Shown here: in pieces, positions 12,727-25,178 of the stretch
How the letters are laid out: the number at the start of each line of letters is the position of its first letter
Position numbering within the stretch: the first letter of the stretch is position 1
Notes under the pieces: generated by a model
What the model saw: the letters and a program-made list of their open reading frames with translations, nothing else
Databases searched by the model: none
Told to the model about the DNA's origin: nothing
Assembly: GCF_964204865.1 (NCBI RefSeq)
Contig: NC_135253.1
Location: 18,662,001 to 18,726,000 of the forward strand
Direction: 5' to 3'
From: Styela clava
Lineage: Eukaryota
DNA length: 64,000 nt
Translations under genes and position numbers: made by a program

Positions 12727-13853
12727 CAGTGGTTCCCAACTAGTGGGAAATTTGGTGGTTGCATGTGGGAAATTGAATGCTCCTCTAAAAATGTACCCAC
12801 AACAAGACAATTATTAAATATTACACAATGAAAATCACAATATATGCAATGAAGCGGAAAAACATTCCCATTCAATTAATCAAAACTTTAGTAAAATATC
12901 ACGTTGTTGGGCATGATATTCTGATCGTGCTACGCAACTCATTTTGATCTTTGGTCGGCCGATAACAACCTTACAAGCATGTCTCGAGCGAGCACCAATG
13001 CTTTAAATTAAACATTACGCAAGAAGATTTTCGTTGCAGAGCCGCAAAAGAGAACAGTTTTTATTCAAATGTCTCGGAGATATTGGGTAAGCACGCGCTC
13101 TGATGAACAAATATTTGACCTGTCCCTCCATTCTGCTAAATTGTTAATAAAAGGGGATGGCTTATGTAAAAATAAAGTACCTCATTTCCAATGGTTCTAT
13201 GTAGCCCCATGAAATGAGGCAACATATTTCAAATACCCATTTGCTTATCAGTTTGCTAAAAAAAATTGCAAAATAAAAGCAGGATAAGATTCGACAACAT
13301 GGACAATTTCAAATGAGTTCAAGGATGATATTAACTGCTTCATTTGTAGATGTCCTGCGAATAGCAAGAACCAAAAGTTCCATAACATCGGTGGGACATA
13401 AATGAAACTTTGTCTCGTGGAGTGTGATGATATTCTGCCGAGTAAGTCTGCGCCGTCAAAGATGAACGGATCTCCTTGTCCAATAGCAATGCGCATTTTC
13501 AAAAATAGATTCAGACTTCCGGTCCATCATATAAAAAAAAAACAGCAGAATCGATATGGACGGTGTAATGTTATGTATACTTTGAAACGTTTTTTTGTGA
13601 TTTTAAGCGTTGAATTGTTCTACGCTGAATTTCCTTACACGGATAGTCACTGTCTTGGGATGCTAGAAGGCGCAATGAATGTTTTCACAGGGTTTCAACC
13701 TCTACACCAATTGCAAGCCTTTTTCCTAGAAAGTCATACCAATTATTATTGACAGAAAAATTATTCTTTCTAAATAAGTCCATATGGAATGAGAAATAAC
13801 AACTCAGCCTAATCGGAAGTGGGAAATTAAGATAAATGGGTTGGAAACCCCTG
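12727..13853. mobile_element. Non-autonomous hAT (Charlie-like) element
   Basis: TIR CAGTGGTTCCCAAC / GTTGGAAACCCCTG; imperfect TSD TCCCAGTT/CCCTAGTT. Confidence 0.6.
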
Positions 13854-14189
13854 CCCTAGTTGAACTTAGTAGAAAAAACAAAATGTTTTTTATGCCATTT
13901 TTTAAGTCAAGTCATCAACTCCCGATTGATTTGATACCTGCAAGTGGATTTTAAAATAAGAAAAACATGGTGACAGACGTAAAATCATACTTCATTAGGA
14001 AAATGTCATATTGTCATTTCAAACTCTCACAGAATCATTCGAGTCAGCGTGTTGGAAACAAACTCGACATAAATATTTTTTTGGTGAATAAATTGACAGT
14101 AAACGTTTATATTACACATAAAATGGTTCTTACAGAGAGAATCCAACAACTGTCAATTTCTTTATGATCTTAACAAGGCTCGGGACAAG

Positions 14190-14330
14190 CATTTCCGGAT
14201 GCTGCCATTCATGTCAATGCTTCCGAAAAAAATAACTGGCTAACTAAACCCAACCTAACCTTGAGAGGCCGTGATTTGCCATATGATTAAGCCGGCACAT
14301 CCTCCTGAATAAATATGTAAATCCTATCCA
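14190..14330 (+). mobile_element. SINE-like retroposon, 3' fragment
   Basis: gcttccgaaaa..aataact.gctaactaa ... gagaggccgt ... gattaagccg ... ataaatatgtaaatcctatcc; same 3' end as 28318-28423 and 44310-44540. Confidence 0.65.
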
Positions 14331-14760
14331 AGTGATGTAGGCTTCGAATAACTTTTTTGAATCAGAATGTCCCGGAATATTTCCGTATCTGATTCTGAAG
14401 TGCAGAGAAGGCTTAACATACGGCGTTCCACGCATGTCCTGTCAATTTTGCGCCATTAGAACCTAATGTTTTAGTCAGAATTAGCAGCTTTTTTTCAAAA
14501 AACGAACCGATTCTAATTAAAATTGATTCAAAATCTGCTACTGGCAAAAAATGACCAATATGAGGGAATGGACGCTATCATACATATTTGCTGTTTTTTT
14601 GGTATTGTTGTTGTGAAAAAAATAATAATATAAAATATATTGTCTAAGTTATTATGTCCGAATTGATTAAATCTAGTTAGAACCTAGCCAACGACTAACA
14701 TGTTTGAGTTTAATGTGCATATTCTCAGTCACGCGTGAAGATTTGCGACCGTAGTATTTT

Positions 14761-14775
14761 GTCGTCGTTGGCAAC
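14761..14775 (+). promoter_or_regulatory. RFX X-box-like motif upstream of ENKD1
   Basis: GTCGTCGTTGGCAAC, one mismatch to GTNRCC(N0-3)RGYAAC, about 150 bp before the ATG of a ciliary/centrosomal gene. Confidence 0.45.
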
Positions 14776-14927
14776 TGGCAATAAACAAATGTCGTTTACA
14801 GCTACGGCAGGCCAAAGTATTACTGGAATGAGTTTTTCCAGCAGTAGCTACAGAGTAGAGTGTGTCAGTGGAATTCATTCCGATTAACGGGATAAATTTA
14901 TTGTTAGTCTAATAAACAGAACCAAAA

Positions 14928-15649
14928 ATGCAGTACGGATCTGGCGAATACGATGTACGTCGGGCATTGGAATCGTACCCAGCTCCAAGAGTTCGCCCCG
15001 AAGCAGTGGAAATCGCGGATCGACACAGGGGAATGGGCATGAAGACTTGTATGGATATGCCAAAAAGATCTACGTTTGGAAGACAACAAGGTATGTTAAA
15101 TTATTTTATTTTTATGTCAGTAATGATACCATATTTCAGTATTTACTGACTGACTGAGTCTTGTTTATTTATTATCAAATCACTTGTTTCCAACCTTACC
15201 CAATTTATAATGTATCATGTCCTTTTGTTATTTTTTGACATTCAACAGCTCAGTGCCTGAAATCATATTTTAAATAACAGATAATGTTAACCCTTAGTCT
15301 GTTAGTGCAGCAGTGCAAAGTCTTGAGATGTAAAAAATGCTAGGCCTAGGGTGGTGTAGCCAGTCTGCGGACGATTTCATTTGAACCGCTATAAAACAAA
15401 AACCAATATTTCTAACCCGTTAATATTTTCACCGTGGGTGCATTGGCATTACTTCTACATGCTAAACCTCTTGCTTTAGACCAGGGGTTAAAGCTATACA
15501 AACCACCAAAGTACGACACTCTGAAGACGTATTTGCAACCAAACGACCAGGTGCGACCACGGATTTCAAGCCTTGAACATCCTGACATCGTTTCTGCTGC
15601 GTCGAGACTAGGGCATACGCAGCCATTCGTGAAAAAAATGGGCTTCTAA
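14928..15649 (+). CDS. Short 110-aa two-exon product (ENKD1 exon 1 plus alternative terminal exon, or a separate upstream gene)
   Basis: The phase-1 donor at 15090 fits acceptor ttgctttag|15480. The frame stays open (DQGLKLYKPPKY...VKKMGF*) to 15649, followed by AATAAA at 15699-15704. Confidence 0.6.
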
Positions 15650-18600
15650 TTGCATTTCTGACTGTCATATAGACTATTTTAAGAACACGGGTATTTCGAA
15701 TAAAACTCGTCAAATTATAAACAAAGCACCACATCACAGCAATCAAACAGACAAAAACACAGTGGTCACAAATTGGTCGACAAAGCTATTATTGACTTAT
15801 CGGAAATGCGCACTCCCCTATTCCCCCTCCTTTAAATGTAGAAACACGAAGTGGGTAAGCCACCCTATAATCAGTCAATCATTGATATAACAGTATAAAT
15901 TACAAATTAAAAGTGAAATACATTGTTTTTAAATATTTACAGATTTACGATCAAACCATGACAATGTCAGATTATGAAACACATCTTTATTATTCATTTT
16001 TGCTTCAGTTCATTTATTCTGCAATATAGGATTAAGCGATGATTAAGTTTTAAATAAGGATGTCTAGACAATCAATAGATATTGATTTGTTATAAATATT
16101 TATGTCCTAGTATACTTGCATTAGTATAGGATATGTTACCACTTCAATCAATAAATTATATTGCGGCAAAATCTTGAAATAGAGGCTTTGGTACTCCCGT
16201 AGTATGTGTACCAGGTTAGGGTTAGGCCATAATTTTTCTTATTCAACCTATATTACGAGTTCGGGGACTGTCTGTGTTAGCCAAGTGAATAGTAAAATAG
16301 GCGAACAGACTTTGTTACCTCCATATTGGTACACACACTTCTGGAGCAATTGAGGCTTTTCTTATATAATACTTATGAACTATCTTATATTTTTTATTTC
16401 TGCTTCAAACATATGGGCTAATCAGATATTTTGTTCAATTCAGCTCAATCCATGAATGTAACACAAACAAATGGGCCGATGCGTCACATGGGAATTCGTT
16501 CTCCCATTCTCGTTGATCCAACTTATAATGGAGGAAAGTATTCGAATCGTTCTGTAAGACCTGTTCCTAGAGTAAAACCAGAAGCCCAAGATGTTGCAAT
16601 CAAAGCAAAAGGAAGCATGGATGTTGTCATGGGTCAATATGGAAAACCAGATCCTGGTAAGACAGTAGTATTTATAACTGTTCAGAATTTACTGGAATAT
16701 TGGATTTTTGAATTGTTTACACTGGCATATCTGGAATTCAGTAATATCCTTGATCATTTAGTAAAGCCTGATCAATTTAATAACATGCATTCATTGGTGA
16801 AATGAAAAATTGGTTGATGAACCCTAATTCTTAGAAGTGTAATTCCAATATATTGAACCTCATTCCATCTGAACAATAGATTATCAAATTATAATTTAAT
16901 AGGCTATATAAGTTATAAGGATGTTATATTTTTCTGTTGACTGTTGCTAGTTTGCACCATAGTCAGTTATCAAAATTTAAACTGTGTGTTATTTTCAGTG
17001 TATTATGGTGAATCTAGAGGTGCGGAGAATATAAATCCAAAAGAAGGACCATTGAGAAAAGCTGGAGTAAAAGGACCAATTCTGGTTGATCCAATTTATA
17101 ACAAAGGTTTGTTCATAGTTTGCAGTGTTGGGTTGAGAAAACAATTGCTTTTTGTATATCTTGTGACTGTTTTATATATTTCTATGATCTTGCAATTGAC
17201 TTGCCAAACTGGGCTTCCACAATTCTTACCTTATTACATCTATGGTTGCTTTGAGATGATCATGTAATATACGAACGCATTAATGAATTATTCATTGAGC
17301 ACAGAGTGGTTGAAAGCCCAACATATATCTTATTGTTTGCTCTATCTACCACTTTCATCCATTGAGTTGTTAGTAGGGATGGGACGAGTCCGGCATTACA
17401 AAGATTCGACGAATCCGAGTAATAGGTCAAGGAATCGAATCGAATCTGCCGAGTCCGTGACGTCATAATGGAATAGCACAAAAACGTGTTTTAGACCATG
17501 CTACAGCATCGTGCGCTCACAAACATACGTCGTAGCTCATATTTTTTGCCTAATGGTTCCGCAGATAGCTGTTGAGTCATTTTAAATATATATTTTTTCT
17601 CTTTTTAGGCGGCCATAATACAAACGTAAACGTGGTCAATGTGCGCCTTGGCTGTGAACTGGATTTCCAGCCCACCTTGCGTCAATTCTGGGCAGCTATT
17701 CAGAATTTCTTACATGTCAACATGAACAATAAAAAGCGTTCGACTACAATGCTTTCCCATAATTCCAAATATTTCTAGCCGTAAATTTACTATGTCATGT
17801 GCGCATATGGTAGAGAAATACCACTCGTCGTCAATACAATGTAGTACATCTACTTGCAATTTAGTAGTTCATGTAAACGTTCTAAAACTCTCCATCCTTT
17901 CCATTGCCTTTTTAGCGAAAGGATTCCACGCAATAAACTCGATTTAAAAGAGGTATTGATGAGATTCCCTATTGGGTAGATCCAGAACATGTTTTATTTT
18001 TACGCAAATCAAAAACTCAAAAATATTGCAATACCACATATTTTATTGTGTACCACATGTATACCAAAAAGAATAGATAGTTTGAAGGCGACTGGCGCAA
18101 CATCATTGCTATGAGCGATCAATAGTTTTCAACTATCATTATATTATCTGGATATCTGTCGTCGTTTTATTAGGAGTGTTTATATTGCACACGAAGGATA
18201 TTGTTACAGATCTAACCTTGAATTTTACTAGTTAAGGTATGTAGTGGGATTTATAGAGGCAAAAGTACAAACATAGACGTAAATTAGTAAAAACAGAATT
18301 GATTATGGACTCGGTAAAAACGACGTGGACTCGAAATCGAATCCGATTCCAAAAAATGCCTGGATTCGACTCGAATCCGAGTCCGGATCCGAATCCCGGC
18401 CCATCCCTAGTTGTTAGGTATTCCCATGCGTGATTCAGAAAAGAGTATTGTTCCACATAAGACGGCTTTGGAACTCAATCCCAGAACCTTTCTCCTATCA
18501 TTTCCAAAATGTTATTCATTCCATACTAGGATATTGTTATCTATCTGGTATACAGCAAATTTGTGCCCAATCCTGTTTCAATTAGGCCTGTATGATACTT

Positions 18601-21600
18601 AGTATGGCAGATACACAAATCTTTATAATAGATGAATTTATCAATTTAGGACTTCCGATATCAAGCTTGAACTTTAGACATTCCTGGAGTTTAATTGAAC
18701 AAAAAATGTTAGAGCTCGTAATGCCTAAATTTGATTTTTAGGTCAATACACAGGAAGGAGTCCCAAACCAGTTCCGAGAGTTAAATCAGAAGCTAGTGAA
18801 ATAGCCGAGAAACATAAAGGTTGCATCCAAAATTTACTAAAAACACCAGATGTTCGTCAGTTTACACAAGCTAAACCAAGTATGTTTGCAATACGAAACT
18901 TTTGATGAACTGATATGAAAAGTCAAGCAATGAGACCGACAGTTGGTTTGAGCGTTTATTCAAAAAAACATAAGGAACATGCTTTTCAGTGTACTGCTCA
19001 TTACCTTGTACGGTTTTCTTAGTTTGACTCCTCGTCACCAGCTCTGATATAAAAAAAAATTCTGATAAAAAATATTGGAGTATACGAGCGTTCTTTAATG
19101 GTCTGTTGAGAATTCTTAATCAACTTAACATTTTTATTTTGTGCAGGAAATTTAGACTTTGCTCCACCACCATTATTAAAGTCTAAAATTTTGTTTAAAA
19201 ATATTAAAAATTCCAACTGAGAAATTTCAAGATACAACTCTGGCTCCGATTCCAATATTAATAGTTCGCATGCCAAACTGCGATTACTCATTTATGCAGA
19301 CCAAGTGCGAAATATTCATTATTTACTAGAAAAACAACCGGTTGACCATGGAGAGGCAAACGTACGACGAATGAGACAAATTCAGAAACAATCAAGGAAC
19401 AAGGAAAAAGAAAAAGAACAAAATAAACCAACCCCGGTAAAAGCATTGTGGAAATCAACGAGATATGAAAGTGTCGAATCTAAAGTTAAAACAACATTTG
19501 AGGTATGAATTTGTTTCTTTGGAATTATATTAATAAAAATCAAGTCTCTCTCTTCAAGACTAACATAATCTCTTTCTGTGAAATAGCAAGTATATTTGTA
19601 AGCTTTCGGTATATTATAATATAACTTTTTCAGATAAAACAAGATATGGCCTAATCAAATAGCAATAATACTTTGTCTATTTTGTGGAAGCAGATTATGT
19701 TATTCTTATTTATCTTTATAATACTATCTTGTTCAAGCATCCTTGTGGCAACTGACACACACGGTGTTGTAGTGGAAAGTAAACATGGAGAAAGGACTTG
19801 CAGTTCAGTACTCAATACCCTAGTACACTCCATTCTGGCATCTCTCTCTTTACTCTCATCTCATGCTATACTGTTACTTTTTTAAAGTTAGAGCTTTATT
19901 TTAGCCAATGGTGGACCGTAGATGGTCTGCATGAATATACATGATACTTTCAAAGTTCGATAGCATCAAACCATTGAAATTAAGAATCACTGTGTCATTT
20001 ATTTGCCACATTGTTGTTTTTTCTCTCTTTGATATGGACATGAAATTCCTTTTCTATTCCTCTACTTTGCCATTTATATCTTTCCCTTTTCAATCTTTAG
20101 CCAACGCCAAGAGCTCCAAGAGGTGTGCCACCACGACCTGGTTCCGCCCCTCCAAGTTATGACAGACCAAGTTCAGCACCAGCTGGTGGACGTCAAAATG
20201 CAGATAGACATACAGGACAAAGGGCCCGATATTCAGAAACACCATTGACACCGAAACGGGTGAGACAACACACTTAGTACCACATCAATGTTCTTCCAAT
20301 CATTATATTTATAACATGCTTGTCATTCAAGAGATTATTCCAAAAAATTAAGTTGTATGAAATTGAAACATTGCACTTAACAAACAAGTTTGATTTATAA
20401 AACATGAAAAAAAAACTGTTGGTTATGTGGGGAGACAACAAAATTTATTTGTGGAGGACTTTTTCCTTATTTTGTGATTCTGGCACTGTTTACTTAAAAG
20501 ATTTTTTTTCTCTTAATAGAAGAAGCCTTTTCTATATATTTTATGAGACTGTGCATATCAAAAAATATATTCAAGCAATATAAAGTATTTGCTGGAAATC
20601 TATGCATATATATTGATATTTGGCACATCATGCTAATTCTTGCAAACATGCACTTGTTTGAAGTATTTACAAGGTGATTGCTGTCTGTCTCATAACACGC
20701 CTGTTCCCTATTATTCAAGTAGTAAAAATTTTCCAGCTCTGCTCATGATGGTTCATTCGCTTATTTTTCAGCAAGCAGAACGCAGAGCAGAAGACTTCAT
20801 TGCAAGGAATGCAAGATTAGCGAAATCATATAAACCTCAGCGTTCTAAGTCTCAAATGGAAGTCGATAGATCTCAAGAAAAGTATTATGATGGAATAAAG
20901 AAATATAATAACACTGTGAAAGGATCATCTCCTTCATAGTAAGTATAAATATTATTGAAATATTCAATTATCATAAATTTTCCCTCCTAATGTATTTATG
21001 CCAAAAAATTGAACATTTAAAAGAAAGTTTCAATAAGAATCTTAAATTGCCCACTTGTAGAGGAGTGGCTGATAGACTTACATGATAGCTTATAAATGTT
21101 TCAAACCAATGGGTTGGGCTTAGCTAGATTGATCAGGACGTAAACTTGAGATAGCTAGATATAGTTTGGACTATGTAGGCCTACTAGTAATCACTTGATC
21201 GTTTCATTCGTTATTTTCTTGTATACAATATAGTAGAAACTGTGTGTTCAAACTCCACACATACTAACATAAGTATTCACGCCCGAATTATCTTTCGCGT
21301 ATTTTTTTGAAATTTATTTCAACGTGTTATTTGCTCTTTTGGGTGAATGGGCACTTGTATCACCACGTCTTAAAACTTTTCAGATTTTGCCTACTTTCCT
21401 GATTTTTCGTATATTTGTTCGTTTTGTCCTGTATTGCTTCTTCGCTTTGCTGTAACGGAAAATCGAAATAAACCTGCTTACCCACTTACTTATTAATTTA
21501 TGACTACTTTTATACAGCTTACAAGCAAGACAAAGGGAATGGGCTCGAGCAGAACAAAATAGAATCAGAAATATTCCTGACCCAACTGTACCAGATGGTC

Positions 21601-24600
21601 ATACAGTGTTGCCAGATAGAGACAGAAAAGACACATTAAATATTCTAAGACAAAGTAAGTAAAATAATAGAATCAAATAGGAACACAGTTGCATCAAGCA
21701 GACACAACTTTTTGTTATTAATTTTGACAGAAAAAAAATATATTTGAGGCATTTTGCAACGTTTTTTCTTGATTTTCAATCCTTTTTTCTTTCCGTTCAT
21801 TCTCGCTATTCCTCCTTCCTGGTCGCCATGAAGCCGCCATGTAAAGAGACTTTCTGTCTGTCTGTTTTTAAAGTTAGTCTTCCAATGAACAAGCTGCTTG
21901 CTTACCTTCAAGTTATAATTTTATCTTGAACCGAATATTATATTTGCGGAGAAGAGTATCCAACAATAAGAATTTTATTTCTCGTATTTGGGAATAGAAG
22001 TGCATGTTTGTTTGTTTTTTTGATATATTACACTAACATGCTATTATATATACATTATCAAGCGTAAACTAGGAATGCACTATGTGGTTTCTATATTATG
22101 TTCAAAAGGACATGACTTATCGCATCTTATCATCATCATATTCTTTACTAACTTCAACTCATAGCAAAACACACAGAGACAACCAAAGTGAAAGAAAAAG
22201 TTTCAATGCCGTATCACGGAAATATACAATATGGCTACTACGATGAGTATTACTCACCCGAGACTGTCTCAGTTGAGAGAAAGGAAAAACGTAAGTTTGT
22301 TGAGAAAACAACATATCAAATACCTGATGAAGGCTACGGAAGCGAATCGAATAACTACCATACAAACCAGTATTTGCATGGTAACGAAAGTGGATATGGG
22401 CAGGTAGGGGATCGTGATGATGGTGAATATTATTCTACATATGCTGAAGACAAATTCGCCCCATCAAGCGAGATTGAAAATTATCATTACAGCGACTCAC
22501 CAGGCGTAGAATACAGGAATCAATATGAAGAACATGGTAAATTGTACCCGAAATACACACAGTATGGTAGAAATGGAGATGAAAGGGATGCTTATTATGA
22601 TTCTGTTGGCAATGTGATTCATAATATTAGCTACAGTCAAAATCCTCAACCTCGACCTCCAACATCAAACAACCGATATCGGTTTGAACAAAGGAATCCT
22701 ACTTCATATTACACAGAAGATCATGTTGTATATGATCATGGGGGAAAGATCAGTAATCAAGACAAGAGAAAATCTGTTTCAAAATACCAAGCAAAAGAAA
22801 TTGGTGATGGGTACACAAGAATTGAAAAAGGTAAAACCATCCATAAAGAGAAAGAAAAGGTGACTCGAGAGTATGCTCCAACAACTTATAAGCCTCAACA
22901 ACCATCACATTTATTTATTGACAAAGGTTATCAACAATATCCATATCAAAGCTACATTCATCAAGATGACGACTTCAACCACAATATGCAATTACAGAAT
23001 GGATATAACCCAGCACAAAATTGGCAATATCTACAAACCAGAGGATATAATCAGGCTGTTAACACTCGTCCAAATGAAAGTCTATATCAGAATCGACCTA
23101 CAAATCCAGAAGGTAGAACTCGCTCTGTGGTCTATGGTAATCAAGGCTATTACACACCTGAAAACAACAAAGCGGGCTATTCTCTTTACCCTGGATATAG
23201 AAGAAATTCGACACCACACTATTATGCAGAATCTACTTCTTGTGAACAAGGCATTCCAGCAATGCCTGATGATCAACCCACTGCTCGACAAGTTAGGTTT
23301 CTATCACCTTCACCACCAAGCACGGCACCATCCCAACAAGCTTACAGGAGAGAAAATACCCCAGAAATGCAAGCAAGACTCAATGCAGCTGCTTCAAAGA
23401 CCTCATACAGAGATGAGTTCAAGGACCCTGGTCCAGATGCAAGAATGGCTCGTCATGGACCTAATTTTTCTACAGATTTCACAGAAAGTCATAAGGTGCT
23501 TTTACACATGCATGGTGGTAGAAAAAATGGTACTCCAGAAGTATGTGCATCGAGATGGCGGACATCTGGTAACTGGTTAGGGTTAGGCCATAATTTCAGG
23601 CACAAATACTACGAGAGTCACTTGGCTAATCCCTGAACTCGTAATAGAACTGAAATAGGGAAAATTAGAATGAAATTACGGCCTAATCCTAACCTGGCAC
23701 ACATACTACGTTCCGGTGACCGCCATCTTGTTGCACATACTTCTGGAGCGCCGAAAAAATTCTGCATAATACGCATGGAAAAATCTGTTGTTTTTCATAA
23801 GTCTTTAAATTTCAAATCAAAAAGCACCTTATGATTTTTTGTGCATGTCAAATCCAATCAATAGTTATTTGAACTTACCATCTAATTGTGATTCCTGTAC
23901 TATTTATTATGTATAATTCGAGTAGCAAAATATTTATGCTATAGATCAGAGGTGTGCAACCTGCAGGCCAAATGCGGACCACAAGAATAATTGTGCGGCT
24001 TGTGGAGAAGTGCCAGTTTTGAATGGTGTGCGGCCCACGAAACGAGTTTTTAATATAGTTTAAGCTGCTAGTGCGAGTAATTCCAATCCCTTTGCGTTGC
24101 AAAGCATATATACCTAAGTCCAATTTATTATCTATGACGTTACAATGCCCTGACAGCTAGCTTGTGCGAAACGAACAACGCATGTCATAAGATCAATAAT
24201 CAAAATTTTTGTGCCTGCAACTACAAGAAAGTCCATGTTAAATAAGAGTGCGGCCCATGATTCTGCCCAGTTATTTGTATTTGGCCAGCCTGTGTTAAAG
24301 GTTGCACACCCCTGCTATAGAATATAGAGTATCAAATCAATATTTGTTTACCATCTCATTTTGTCTCCTGATCTATGTATTATCTTTAGCGTGACCCCAG
24401 GAATAACACCCCTGCATTTATGATTTACCTATATGAAAATGAAGAAGAATATTTAGCACTCGAACCTTCTTTTGTGCATGATTGTAACTAAAAGTTTAGT
24501 AATCTAGGACGCTCTGCACAAAAGTTTAGACTTTCAACGAGAGTAAATCAAGTTTGAATCAGCAATAGGCTCTAACATTTGACACTGTGACATAGCTAGC

Positions 24601-25178
24601 CTCTAACACACTCAACTTTCTTTACCAGATTTTTTTCACATGACTCTTGCATATCCACAGTTTCTTAAATCTTTTACATCACATTTCATCTTAACATTGT
24701 CTATATTCACAACCTTCCTTTAAATATGAATCAATTTTTTATTTTGACTATGAAAATAGTTGGAACTTTATGACAGTTGTTTTTCAATGTTTTATCGAGA
24801 GTTATTGTTTGTTCATATTATAACTAAGCAAAGTAAAACTAAGCATTACTTCTGCAACTTGTTGTTTCATGTTTCTCATGTTTTTTTGTCTTTTTTGATA
24901 TCAAAAGGACTATGCAGATCGAATTACATACATTTTTTAGAAAGTACATTCGAGCAAAAGTAAATTTATAACTTGCTATTTAATTGCAATAAGTAATTTC
25001 TGTCTGTTTTATAGGTCAACTCGACTTACTACAGGAATACAGATTCCTGCCAGTACGTTCAGCCGACTCTTTTGGAGTACGTCAGCGGAAGACTGAGTTA
25101 GAACGAAGAATCGCAGAAGTTGATGAAGCAGTTCGTGTGTTTGAGAGACCGAGAGTATTTGTAAAAATGGATGAATGA
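14928..25178 (+). CDS. ENKD1: Enkurin domain-containing protein 1 (9-exon model, 473 aa; may instead start at ATG 16452)
   Basis: Exons 14928-15090, 16444-16656, 16999-17106, 18742-18879, 19330-19502, 20101-20259, 20772-20938, 21518-21654, 25015-25178, all GT-AG and phase-consistent. Motifs DHGEANVRRMRQIQ, PVKALWKSTRYESVESKV, DFIARNAR, PDPTVPDGHTVLP and EVDEAVRVFERPRVFVKMDE* match ENKD1. Confidence 0.9.
16190..16351. mobile_element. Merlin-like MITE, copy 2
   Basis: GGTACTCCCGTAGTATGTG... terminus, internal GGTTAGGGTTAGG, 8-bp TSD GAGGCTTT. Confidence 0.85.
17374..18409. mobile_element. Non-autonomous hAT-like element in ENKD1 intron 3
   Basis: TIR TAGGGATGGG/CCCATCCCTA; perfect TSD GTTGTTAG; subterminal GATTCG/CGAATC arrays. 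Confidence 0.9.
19685..19830 (+). repeat. Dispersed intronic repeat with GGAGAAAGGACT core, copy 2
   Basis: gattatgttattcttatttatctttataatactatc...catccttgtg...agtaaacatggagaaaggacttgcagttc. Confidence 0.7.
22165..24491 (+). CDS. Tyr/Gln/Asn-rich coding unit nested in ENKD1 intron 8 (alternative 3' exons, or a nested gene from ATG 22206)
   Basis: Acceptor ctcatag|22165 is in phase 1, matching ENKD1 exon 8. Open exon of 1331 nt to AAG|GTGCTT at 23495, then a phase-0 terminal exon 24390-24491 (RDPRNNTPAFMIYLYENEEEY...CN*). The ORF-track tail 23496-23636 is read-through into a MITE. Confidence 0.75.
23529..23752. mobile_element. Merlin-like MITE, copy 3
   Basis: GGTACTCCAGAAGTATGTGCA / TGCACATACTTCTGGAGCGCC; TSD GAAAAAAT; internal GGTTAGGGTTAGG. 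Confidence 0.9.
23947..24314. mobile_element. hAT (Charlie-like) MITE
   Basis: TIR CAGAGGTGTGCAACCT / AGGTTGCACACCCCTG; TSD CTATAGAT/CTATAGAA. Confidence 0.85.

Noticed and set aside
14420-14461. Minus-strand SNGAKLTGHAWNA mini-exon (transglutaminase-like HAWN)
   Set aside because: No partner exons found, and it is too short to support.
22873-23580. 235-aa overlapping +1 frame ORF (possible dual coding)
   Set aside because: The main frame is poor in Leu/Val/Ile/Met (NTA/NTG codons), which removes stops from the +1 frame. The product has no recognisable motifs.
23496-23636. C-terminal tail of the 482-aa ORF
   Set aside because: It runs past a splice donor into a Merlin-like MITE with TSDs, so it is intronic read-through.
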